A stretch of DNA of 64,000 nucleotides from an uncultured Alphaproteobacteria bacterium (GCA_963832445.1 CAWHUM010000026.1:232517-296516), one strand, 5' to 3'. Counted from the stretch's first letter, positions 28,624-37,822 are shown. Notes: generated by a model from the sequence alone, not told the origin. Translations and numbers: made by a program.

Positions 28624-30000
28624 ATGTCGAGGTTGATCGAAGATCGCGCGTGGGCTGGCCGTCTGGCGAAGGTCACGTGGCTGGTCCTGGTGTTTGCGGC
28701 TGCCGCCCTCACGCTAACCCCCAGCAAAGCGAGTGCGATGAAGATTCAAGAGGTGAAGAGCCCCGGCGGCATCACGGCGTGGCTGGTCGAGGAGCACAGC
28801 GTGCCCTTGATCGCCGTGCGCTTCGCCTTCGAGGGTGGCAGCTCGCAAGATCCCGTGGGCAAGGAGGGGCTGGCGAACTTCCTGTCCGGAATGCTGGATG
28901 AAGGGGCCGGCAGCCTCAACTCCAAGCAATTCCAGGAGCGCATGGAAGAGATCGCCATGCGCATGTCCTTCGAGGACGGTCGCGACGCCTTTTACGGCAG
29001 CTTCGAGACGCTGACGCAGAACCGCGATCGCGCGGTCGAGCTGCTGACTTTGGCCATCACCAAGCCGCGGTTCGACGCGGAGGCGGTCGACCGCATGCGC
29101 GCCCAGTATCTGGCTGGCCTTGTTGCCGCCGCCCGCGATCCCACGCGCGTTTCCGCCGAGCAGTGGATGGCGCTCGCGTTTGCGGGTCATCCCTACGGGC
29201 GCCCGCCCAATGGCACGCCGCAGTCGGTGGCCGGGATCACACGTGATGATCTGGTCGCGTTTCGCGGTCGCACGTTTGCCAAGGACACGCTGCGCGTGGT
29301 GGCGGTCGGCGATATCGACGCTGCCACCCTCGGCACCATGCTCGACACCATCTTCGGCGCCTTGCCTGCCAAGGCCAAGCTGACGCCGGTCGCCAAGACC
29401 GAGCCCAAGGCCGCGCAGCGGATGAAGGTGATCGACATGAACGTCCCGCAGTCGGTTGCGCGTTTCGGGCTGCCGGCGTTCGCGCGCAAGGACAAGGACT
29501 TCATGGCGTCGTTCATTCTCAATACGATCTTCGGCGGCGGCTTCACCTCGCGGCTCTACAACGAGGTGCGCGAGAAGCGCGGTCTCGCCTACGGCGTCGA
29601 TTCTTCGATCATACCGCTCAAGAATGCGTCGGTGTTCATCGGCAACGTCGCCACCAAGAACGAGGAGATCGGCCAGTCGCTGGAGGTGATCCGCAGCGAG
29701 TTGAGGCGCATTGCCACGGATGGCGTGACGCAGGAGGAGCTCAACGACGCCAAGTCCTACCTCACCGGCTCTTTCGCGCTGCGCTTCGACACCAACGCCA
29801 ACATCGCCAACCAGTTGCTGTGGATGATGGTCGAAGGGCTCGGCACCAGCTACGTCGACACGCGCAACGCGCAGATCGATGCCGTGACGCTGGACGACAT
29901 CAAGCGCGTGGCCAAGCGCCTGTTCGATGGCCAGGAGCCGATCGTCACGGTGGTGGGCAAGCCCAAGGGCGTGGTGCCGACGGCGCAGCAGGGCGGCTAG
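28624..30000 (+). CDS. M16 family peptidase (non-catalytic partner; no HxxEH)
   Basis: 458 aa and collinear with M16 proteins ('GLANFLSGMLDEGAG' replaces the zinc motif). It begins 13 nt after the first M16 gene. Confidence 0.85.
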   Translation: MSRLIEDRAWAGRLAKVTWLVLVFAAAALTLTPSKASAMKIQEVKSPGGITAWLVEEHSVPLIAVRFAFEGGSSQDPVGKEGLANFLSGMLDEGAGSLNSKQFQERMEEIAMRMSFEDGRDAFYGSFETLTQNRDRAVELLTLAITKPRFDAEAVDRMRAQYLAGLVAAARDPTRVSAEQWMALAFAGHPYGRPPNGTPQSVAGITRDDLVAFRGRTFAKDTLRVVAVGDIDAATLGTMLDTIFGALPAKAKLTPVAKTEPKAAQRMKVIDMNVPQSVARFGLPAFARKDKDFMASFILNTIFGGGFTSRLYNEVREKRGLAYGVDSSIIPLKNASVFIGNVATKNEEIGQSLEVIRSELRRIATDGVTQEELNDAKSYLTGSFALRFDTNANIANQLLWMMVEGLGTSYVDTRNAQIDAVTLDDIKRVAKRLFDGQEPIVTVVGKPKGVVPTAQQGG

Positions 30001-30006
30001 TGTGAT

Positions 30007-30062
30007 GATCGAGAAGTCCGCCACATCGCGTGACGCCAGGGTCGGTAGCGGACTTCTCGATC
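30007..30062. repeat. 15-bp-stem hairpin
   Basis: 'gatcgagaagtccgc' (30007-30021) pairs with 'gcggacttctcgatc' (30048-30062). The right arm plus 3 nt (18-mer 'gtagcggacttctcgatc') recurs exactly at 3590-3607. Confidence 0.8.
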
Positions 30063-30068
30063 TGAATC

Positions 30069-30163
30069 ACACTAGCATCATGATTTTGCTAGTGTCCTTC
30101 AGATCGCGAAATTCGTACCGAGTTCGCGGCATAGTGAGACGAATTTCGCGATCAGGACACTAG
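30069..30163. repeat. composite hairpins with competing arms
   Basis: 'acactagca' (30069-30077) pairs with 'tgctagtgt' (30087-30095). Alternatively 'ctagtgtcc' (30089-30097) + 'gatcgcgaaattcgt' (30102-30116) pair with 'acgaatttcgcgatc' (30139-30153) + 'ggacactag' (30155-30163). Confidence 0.8.
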
Positions 30164-30232
30164 GCGCGCAGGCGATGCGCCGCGCCGGCCAGCGTGGTGA
30201 CAGAGCGCCAAATTCGCGCTAGGCCTCGCGTT

Positions 30233-31598
30233 ATGACGCCACAGCAAGCTTCGCACGCACCGATCTACCGGCAGTCGATCGCGGGGTGCCGCGATTCCGC
30301 CATTGGCCAGCACGGCCTTTCGCAGGCTGATCTCGACCGCTGGCTGCAGCGCCTGACGCCGGCGCTTGCGCGCCTGCAGGACGACTACCGCAGCCGGCGC
30401 CTGCCGCACCTTCGCATTCCCGAGGATACCGCCGACATCGAGGCGGCAGAGGCGGCCTTCGCCAGACTGTGCCAGGGCGCGCGCGCGGTGATCTTCTTCG
30501 GCACCGGGGGCTCGAGCCTCGGCGGACAGGCGCTGGCTCAGCTCGGCGGCTGGCACATCCCGGGCACCGCCGACGAGGCGCAGAAGAAGCGCCCGCGCAC
30601 CCGCTTCTACGACAATCTCGACGGCGGCGACGCTTGCCTCTGCGCTCGGCTCCTTCGACGACCTTGCCGGTGCGCGCTTCGTCGTCATCTCCAAGTCCGG
30701 CGGCACGCCCGAGACGCTGGTGCAAGCGCTGGCGGCGTTGGCGGCAGTGAAGGCGGCCGGGCTCGAAAAGCGCTTGCCCGATATGTTCCTGGGCATCAGC
30801 GAGCCCAAAGCCCAGGGCAAGGCCAACGGCCTGCGCACGCTGTTCGAGGCGCACGGCATTCCCCTGCTGGACCATCATCCGGGGATCGGCGGGCGGTTTT
30901 CGGCACTCACCAACGTCGGCCTGCTCGCGGCGATCGCGCGCGGGCTCGATGCGCGCGCGGTGCGGGCGGGCGCAAGGGAGGTGGTGGATGCGCTGATGGC
31001 GGCCAAGCATCCGGGCGACTTCGAGCCAGCATTGGGAGCGGCCGTGGCAATTGCGCTTGCCACCGAGCGCGGCATTCGCGCCCAGGTGATGATGCCCTAT
31101 TCCGATCGGCTGGGGCGCTTCTCGGCCTGGTTCGCGCAGCTGTGGGCGGAAAGCCTCGGCAAGGACGGCAAGGGCACGGCGCCCATCGCCTGCCTCGGCC
31201 CGGTCGATCAGCACAGCCAGCTGCAGCTCTTCATGGACGGCCCGCACGAGCACCTGATCACATTGGTGCGGGTGCCGACCGCAGGCACCGGCCCGCGCAT
31301 CGACGCAAGCCTGGCGCGCGCGGCGGGGGTGGACTACCTGGCCGGCAAGACGGCGGGCGACCTGGTGGCGGCCCAGGCCGAGGCCCTGCCTGAGGCGCTC
31401 GCCAAGGCCGGCCGGCCGGTGCGCACCTTCGACCTCGCCAGCCTTGACGAGCGGGCGCTCGGGGCGCTGATGATGCACATGATGCTGGAGACGATTCTGG
31501 CCGCTCATTTGCTGGGCGTGGACCCGTTCGATCAGCCGGCCGTGGAGCTGGCCAAGGTCATCACCCGCGAGCGCGTGGCGGCGCTGCCTGAGGTGTGA
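30233..31598 (+). pseudogene. pgi: glucose-6-phosphate isomerase, one +1 frame break
   Basis: The N-terminal part (frame of 30194) carries 'FFGTGGSSLGGQAL'. The remainder (frame of 30720) carries 'VVISKSGGTPETL' and 'DQHSQLQLFMDGP'. The break lies between 30621 and 30637. Length mod 3 = 1. Confidence 0.8.
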
Positions 31599-31692
31599 GG
31601 GGCAGCGCGACGGGTCGTGAATGGGGTCAGACCTCAGGCCCCGCAGGCGCAACTGGGACCAACCTCGCGTAGGGTCTGACCGCAAGGCACTC

Positions 31693-33518
31693 ATGCCCAT
31701 CCGCCAGCTCAGCCCCTCGACCGTCAACCGCATCGCCGCGGGCGAGGTGATCGAGCGTCCGGCGAGCGTGGTGAAGGAGCTCGTCGAGAACGCGCTCGAT
31801 GCGCGGGCCACCGACATCGAGGTCGTGACCGCGGCGGGCGGGCTGTCGCTGATCCGCGTCACCGACGACGGCGTCGGGCATGAGCGCGGCCGACCTGGCG
31901 CTGGCCGTGGAGCGGCACGCCACCTCCAAGCTCGCCGACGAGGACCTGTTCAACATCGCCACGCTCGGCTTTCGCGGCGAGGCGCTGCCGTCGATCGGCT
32001 CGATCGCGCATCTGGCCATCGCATCGCGCCCCGCCGAGGCGGCGTCGGCCAGCGAGATCGTGGTCGACCGCGGCGCGAAGGAGCCGGTGCGGCCGGCGGC
32101 GCTCAACCCCGGCACGCGCGTGGAGGTGCGCGAGCTGTTCTCGGCCACCCCGGCGCGGCTCAAGTTCCTGAAGAGCGAGCGGGCGGAGAACATGGCCATC
32201 TCGGAGGTGGTGAAGCGGCTCGCCATGGCCAACCCGACCGTCGCCTTCACGCTCACCACCGGCGAGCGCACCGGCCTCAAGCTGCCGGCCCAGCCGCTGG
32301 GACCGGATGGGCATCTGGCGCGGCTCGGCCGCATCATGGGCCGCGAGTTCCTCGACGATGCGCTTGCCCGTCGACGTCGAGCGCGAGGGCGTGCGGGTGA
32401 CGGGCTTCGCCGGTCTGCCGACGCTGAACCGGCCCGATCCGGGGGCGCAGTTCCTGTTCGTCAACGGCCGCCCGGTGAAGGACAAGCTGCTGGTCGGCGC
32501 CGTGCGCGCCGCCTACGGCGACCTGCTGCCCAAGGGCCGCTATCCGCTGCTCGCCCTGTTCGTGGACCTTTCCCCGCGCGAGGTCGACGTCAACGTGCAT
32601 CCGAGCAAGGCCGAGGTGCGCTTTCGCGAAGCCGGCGCCGTGCGCAGCTTGGTGGCTGGCGCGCTCCGGGCGGCGCTCGAGGCGGCAGGGCATCGCGCCA
32701 CCGTCGCGGGCGGCCTCGGTACGCTCGACGCGCTGGCGCGGTCGGTGGCGCCGCGCAACGAGGTTGGGGGCGCGTCCGGCAAGTTTGAGCCGCGCGGGTC
32801 GTATGCGCCGTCCTATCGCCCCGCACCGGCACGGGGCTTTGCCGAGGATTGGCAGGCGCCGCTGGAGGGATTGGCGGCGCTGAGCGCCAACAGCGCGGCG
32901 GGAGCCGAGCCCGCACCGGCGGAGCTGCTCGATCGGCCGCTGGGGGCGGCCCGCGCACAGCTGCACGAGACCTATATCGTCGCTCAGACGCGCCACTCGG
33001 TCGTCATCGTCGATCAGCACGCCGCGCACGAGCGCCTGGTCTACGAGCGCATCAAGGCGGCACTGGCCGATGGCGGCGTGGCGCGCCAGACCCTGCTGAT
33101 CCCCGAGGTGGTGGAGCTCGACGCTGACGAGGTGGCGGCGCTCGTCGAAAGTGCGCAGGGCTATGCGGCGCTGGGGCTCACGATCGAGGCGTTCGGGGCG
33201 GGCGCGGTGCTGGTGCGCGAGGTGCCGGCGCTGCTGGGCGACACCGACGTCAAGGGCCTCGTTCGCGACCTCGCGCGCGAGGCGTCAAGCGATGGCGAGG
33301 GCGGCGGCAGCCTGCTCGAGGCGCGGCTGGCGGCGGTGTGCTCCACCATGGCCTGCCACGGCTCGGTGCGCGCCGGGCGGCGGCTGACCGGCGAGGAGAT
33401 GAACGCGCTGCTCAGGCAAATGGAGGCGACGCCTGGCTCGGGCCAGTGCAACCACGGCCGCCCCACCTATGTGGAGCTGAAGCTCACCGACATCGAGCGC
33501 CTGTTCGGGCGGCGGTGA
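31693..33518 (+). pseudogene. mutL: DNA mismatch repair protein MutL, two +1 frame breaks
   Basis: '[26 protein letters not shown]', then '[28 protein letters not shown]', then '[18 protein letters not shown]..' to the C-terminal '[12 protein letters not shown]', lie in three successive frames. Breaks are near 31876-31879 and 32363-32370. Length mod 3 = 2. Confidence 0.9.
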
Positions 33519-33549
33519 GGTGTAGTGTTGAGGGCACTGATGAGTTCTG

Positions 33550-34407
33550 CTAACCGAGGCCGAGGGCGCGCCCGAGGACTGCTGCAGCCTCGATAACCCG
33601 GCTGGTCATTGCGCCAGCAACTATGCCTTCCGTTAGATTCCGCAGGGATTTGCCCGCTTCAGCCAGAATCTGCCGTGAGGGCGAAGCTTTGGCTAGTTGA
33701 GCCTTGATCGTGGCTAGATCAGATCGAATTTCCGCAGCCACATTCCGCGGCAACTCGGCAGTGTCTAGCGCTTCTTCGAGCTTGGCGGCGGCTGAGGCGA
33801 TTTTCGAAATGTCTATCGAGTGAACGACTACTTGCGTCGACTCGGTTGTGGCTTGTTGAATTGCGCCGCCATGCATGTTTTCCACGTGGATGTGGCTGGT
33901 CGCTAGTGGCACAGGTGCTGACTTTTCGGCGGCTTCACAATATTTCGCAAGAAGGCTCTTGGCTCTCCTCTCCACGTCGGCCCGGCTACTTCCCTCCCAA
34001 CGACCGAAATCGTGGGGTTCCGGAAACGTGTGGCCGTCGCCTCGCAGTATTCGGTCCTTGTCAACAGCCGCCTTCCGAATTCTTCCGGCAAAACCACTAA
34101 TGAGCGTCTCAGCCTCAATGATCGACGCTCTTCTCGTCTCTACCGTGTACCTGTGCAGTTCGTCCTCTAGTGCATCGAAAAGAGACGACACTTTCTTGCG
34201 CAGATAGAACTGAATAGTGTCCCAATAGACCTTGTGCGCACTGCCGCCAAAAGCGATCCCTCCGTACACAATGGGCTTCCCACGAAAACTCTCGATCTCA
34301 ACGGGACGGTCTCGGCCGATGTGGTGCCACTTGAAGAACCATTCATTGACCATCCGCAGGTGTTCCTCGTCCAGCGACAGTTGCAGACGAGAACCAATAG
34401 GAGTCAT
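33550..34407 (-). CDS. orphan hypothetical protein (285 aa), low-G+C gene
   Basis: Clean 285-aa ORF with a purine-rich stretch (gaggaaagag) upstream of the ATG. Many A/T-ending codons, unlike its neighbours. I recognise no motif. The C-terminal third is Ala/Leu-rich and helical-looking. Confidence 0.7.
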   Translation of the reverse strand: MTPIGSRLQLSLDEEHLRMVNEWFFKWHHIGRDRPVEIESFRGKPIVYGGIAFGGSAHKVYWDTIQFYLRKKVSSLFDALEDELHRYTVETRRASIIEAETLISGFAGRIRKAAVDKDRILRGDGHTFPEPHDFGRWEGSSRADVERRAKSLLAKYCEAAEKSAPVPLATSHIHVENMHGGAIQQATTESTQVVVHSIDISKIASAAAKLEEALDTAELPRNVAAEIRSDLATIKAQLAKASPSRQILAEAGKSLRNLTEGIVAGAMTSRVIEAAAVLGRALGLG

Positions 34408-34702
34408 GCGTGTCTCTTTCCTCGATTTTTGTTTCCAGGACGAACCAATAGCTCGAATTGCTACCGTGGTGCCGGGAGCGCTATGTCACTGTGACGGCGC
34501 CTTCACTTGGCCGAATCGAAGGATGGCGCACTGTTAGCACCCGACCCAATGATGGAGTTGACAGCGCGGATAGATCTTTGTGGAAAAGCCTCCGACTGAA
34601 TCTGCGCAAGCTGTGTGCGCGGCGATGTCTTGCATCACCCCCATCGGCAGCAACCGCGTCACCTCTGCCCGTAGAGTATCGGGAACACCGCAGCGGCCGA
34701 CG

Positions 34703-34788
34703 GTGTAGGGTGCAATAAGGCGAAGCCGCATTGCACCGATTGACGGGTGCATCGGTGCAATACGGCTGACGCCTATTGCACCCTACGC
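34703..34788. repeat. nested palindromic REP-like element
   Basis: Outer arms are 'gtagggtgcaataaggcg' / 'cgcctattgcaccctac'. Inner arms are 'cattgcaccgat' / 'atcggtgcaat'. Confidence 0.8.
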
Positions 34789-35331
34789 ACATTAACCACG
34801 CGCGAAATTTCGTGGCGCCATGCTTATCCCCGCCCCCTCGGGCGCGTGCAAGGATTGCGCCTGTCGCTGCTTGCGACGGGGCGCTCGGATCCAGCACCCA
34901 GCGTGGCAGCGATCGGCGCCTGGAAGGGTGGCCCTCGTGTTGGAGGGCTCGAGATCCAGGAGGCCCGCTGTGACCGTTGCCGTCGAAGCGCCAGCAATGG
35001 CTGCCGAGTGCGGCGACCGCCGAAAGGCACATGGCCGGCAGGCTGCTCGGCAACGAGCGAGCCAGCCGGCTGCAGCTTGCAGCGGTGCCCAAAATCGCCG
35101 TCACGCGGGTGCCGCAAGGCAGCCCAGGGGACCCCTCAAAAGGTCCCGGAGGGCTCCCAGGAGAGCCCTCGAGCAGGCCCGGCCGGGTCTGCTGGGGCCG
35201 GAGGACAACCGGCCCCCGGGTCGCCGATGCGGCGCCCGCATACCCGTCGCACCTTGCGCGCCCGGTGGGCCGCGCGGGAGAAACGGCGCGTGCGCAACAA
35301 TCGCGTTGCGGGATGACAGGTGTGCCGCCGC

Positions 35332-36300
35332 TCACCCCCGCCGCACGGCGTAAAGCATCAGGAAGATGCCGGCGATGACGGCGGCCATGGCGGTGAGCAG
35401 CAACGCGTCGACCGGGAACAGCGGGATCAAGCCGACGGCGCCCGCGGCGAGCTGCACGATCAGCGCCGCCAGCGGCGAGAAGGCGGCGGCAGCGGCGAAG
35501 TTCTCGCTCGTGATCTTCACCACGCAGGAGAAGCTCAGCACCCACATGGCGGTGAGGATGACGCTGCCGACCAGCGCGCCGAGCAGGATCGTCGGCACGT
35601 GCAGCATCTCATCCGCCGTCGGCACCAGCGTGGTCGGCGGCAATGTGCCCATGGCGATGAGCGCGGCAGCGGTGCCGGTCAGCGCCAGGCCGGTGATGGA
35701 CGTCACCAGCACAACGAGGCCCGTGATGCGCAGCTTTTCCATCACCGTCCGCGCGCGGCGGTTCCAGGGGTGGAACTCGGCCGAGAAGGTGCGCAGGTTG
35801 AACGCCAGCGCGCAGCCGGCGGCCGCCACCAGCACGTCGCCAAGGCGGGCGGGGGTGACAGATACAATGACGGGCACCATGCCGAGGCACATGACGGCGG
35901 CGCCGAGCCATGTGAGCGGCCGCGGCCGGCGCGCGAAAAATGTCCAGCCAACCAGCAGGGATACCGGAACGGTGAGGCGCACAAGCAGGCTGCCGTCGGC
36001 CGGCGGTACGTGCTGCAGGAGCAGGTAGTAGAAGACCTCCATGGCGATGGTGCCGATGCCGATCAGCCAGCTCTGCGGCGCGAGCACGATGGCGAGCGCC
36101 TCGGGCCCCGGGCCTGTGATCGCCAGCAGCGCGGCAGCCGAGACCACCATGGCGTAGAGCACGAAGGCGATGGGGTGTGCGCCGAGCTGGTGGCCGACCA
36201 CGTAGGCCACGCTCAACAGGCCGATGACAAACACGAAAACGCCGGCCTCGATCCAGCCGGAGACCGGGTAGTGCCGCGCTTCGGCTCGGATTGGGACCAT
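35332..36300 (-). CDS. DMT (EamA-like) family transporter
   Basis: 322 aa from the internal ATG ('MVPIRAEARHYPVSGW..'), with about 10 predicted TM helices in two halves. Confidence 0.7.
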   Translation of the reverse strand: MVPIRAEARHYPVSGWIEAGVFVFVIGLLSVAYVVGHQLGAHPIAFVLYAMVVSAAALLAITGPGPEALAIVLAPQSWLIGIGTIAMEVFYYLLLQHVPPADGSLLVRLTVPVSLLVGWTFFARRPRPLTWLGAAVMCLGMVPVIVSVTPARLGDVLVAAAGCALAFNLRTFSAEFHPWNRRARTVMEKLRITGLVVLVTSITGLALTGTAAALIAMGTLPPTTLVPTADEMLHVPTILLGALVGSVILTAMWVLSFSCVVKITSENFAAAAAFSPLAALIVQLAAGAVGLIPLFPVDALLLTAMAAVIAGIFLMLYAVRRG

Positions 36301-36326
36301 GGGGCTTTGACTTGCTGTTCGCGGGC

Positions 36327-36896
36327 TCAGACGGGATGGCCGGTATAGCGGGCAAACAGCACCTGCGTATCGCCCCACCTGCGGCGGTCCAGCTCTGCAA
36401 ATTGCGAGGGTAGCGCCAGCGGCTCGCCCTTGCGCTCCTCGACGACGGCGACGGCGTCGGCCGCGAGCCAGCCGCCCGCTGCCGCGCTTGCCAGCGCCCG
36501 CTGGGCGAGGCCCTTGCCGTAGGGCGGATCGAGGAAGACGAGGCCGAAGGCGGCCTGGCTGCCGGCCGGGCCCAGGTTCGTCGCATCGCGGCGGAAAATC
36601 TTGGTGACGCCCGTCAGCGCCAGTGCCTCGACGTTGCGGCGGATCAGCGCGCGCGCCTCGGCGCCCTCCTCCACGAACAGGCAGTAGGCAGCGCCGCGGG
36701 AGAGCGCTTCCAGCCCCAGCGCGCCGGTGCCGGCAAACAGATCGAGCACCCGCGTGCCCTCGATGGCAAGGTCGGGGACGCCGTGCTCAAGGATGTTGAA
36801 CACCGACTCGCGCACCTTGTCTGAGGTCGGGCGCGTAGCCGCATCGTCCGGCGCCGCCAGGGGACGGCCGCGAAACTGTCCGCCGACGATCCTCAT
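36327..36896 (-). CDS. rsmD: 16S rRNA (guanine966-N2)-methyltransferase
   Basis: 'MRIVGGQFRGR', 'DLFAGTGALGLEALSRGA' and 'FLDPPY' motifs. Confidence 0.85.
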   Translation of the reverse strand: MRIVGGQFRGRPLAAPDDAATRPTSDKVRESVFNILEHGVPDLAIEGTRVLDLFAGTGALGLEALSRGAAYCLFVEEGAEARALIRRNVEALALTGVTKIFRRDATNLGPAGSQAAFGLVFLDPPYGKGLAQRALASAAAGGWLAADAVAVVEERKGEPLALPSQFAELDRRRWGDTQVLFARYTGHPV

Positions 36897-36898
36897 GG

Positions 36899-36942
36899 GG
36901 TGCGTGTCCCCTCTCCCCGCAAGCGGGGAGAGGGAGCAGTTG
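36899..36942. mobile_element. REP/MITE-like hairpin insert flanked by a 15-bp direct duplication
   Basis: Palindrome 'cccctctccccgc aa gcggggagaggg'. It is flanked by exact copies of 'cgacgatcctcatgg' at 36884-36898 and 36943-36957. Confidence 0.7.
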
Positions 36943-36966
36943 CGACGATCCTCATGGCGCTGCCCG

Positions 36967-37737
36967 CTAGATCGCCCGGTAACCGCCGTCCACCATGACA
37001 ATGGAGCCGGTGACATAGGCCGAAAGGTCGGAGGCGAGGAAGACGGCGGGGCCGACGATGTCCTCCGGCTTGCCGGGGCGGCCGAGCGGCGTGTGTTCGA
37101 CGAAGACCCTCACGAGCTCGGGATTGTTGGCGCGCACGTGCGCATTGAGCGGCGTCTCGATCAGGCCGGGACCAATGGCATTGACGCGCACGCCGTCCTT
37201 GCCGAGCTCGGCCGCCAGCGCGCGGGTGAAGCCGAGCACGCCATGCTTGGAGGTGGTGTAGGCCGCAGAATTGGGCGTGCGCACGTGCACGAAGGACTGG
37301 ATCGAGCCGATGTTGACGATGCGGCCTTTGGTGGCGCGGAGCTGGTCGATGAAGGCATGGGTGACGTTGAACACGCCGTTGAGGTTGACCGATATGATGT
37401 CCTGCCAGTCCTTGATCACGGCTGCCTTGTCACCGGCGAAGGCGTTGCGGCGGTTGATGCCGGCGTTGTTCACCAGGATCGAGACGGGGCCGACGTCTGC
37501 CGCGATCTGGGCGGCCAGCTTGCGGCAGGCGTCGGACTGGGTGACATCGAGCTGGAAGCTCCAGGACTGGCCACCAGAGCGTTGGATGGCGCCGGATGTC
37601 GCAGCCGCGCCTTCGGCATTGCTATCGAGGATGGCAACCCTGGCGCCTTCCTTGGCGTAGCGCAGCGCGATGGCCTGGCCGATGCCCGATGCCGCCCCGG
37701 TGACGGCGGCGATATGCCCTTCGAGGAGCCCGCTCAT
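36967..37737 (-). CDS. SDR family oxidoreductase (FabG-like)
   Basis: 'AAVTGAASGIG', 'NNAGI' and 'YTTSK' motifs. Confidence 0.85.
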   Translation of the reverse strand: MSGLLEGHIAAVTGAASGIGQAIALRYAKEGARVAILDSNAEGAAATSGAIQRSGGQSWSFQLDVTQSDACRKLAAQIAADVGPVSILVNNAGINRRNAFAGDKAAVIKDWQDIISVNLNGVFNVTHAFIDQLRATKGRIVNIGSIQSFVHVRTPNSAAYTTSKHGVLGFTRALAAELGKDGVRVNAIGPGLIETPLNAHVRANNPELVRVFVEHTPLGRPGKPEDIVGPAVFLASDLSAYVTGSIVMVDGGYRAI

Positions 37738-37822
37738 GTTGCCTCCCTACAGTTGTGTTGTTTGCAGGCGAGGCTAGCCCTTGAGGCGGACCGGTACAAG
37801 GCGCGCCGATGTAGATGCCAAT

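Noticed and set aside
16140-32370. Apparent motif 'GCTT^G' at four insertion sites (ATPase x2, SBP, mutL), which first suggested a context-specific or methylation-linked error.
   Set aside because: Each site can equally be repaired by shortening an adjacent 2-3-nt homopolymer (gg, tt or ccc), so a specific motif is not required.
34481-35545. 354-aa ORF spanning the non-coding region next to the orphan gene.
   Set aside because: The translation is low-complexity and Arg/Pro/Gly/Ser-rich. It overlaps the DMT transporter 3' end out of frame and runs through the REP palindrome. There is no SD or motif support.
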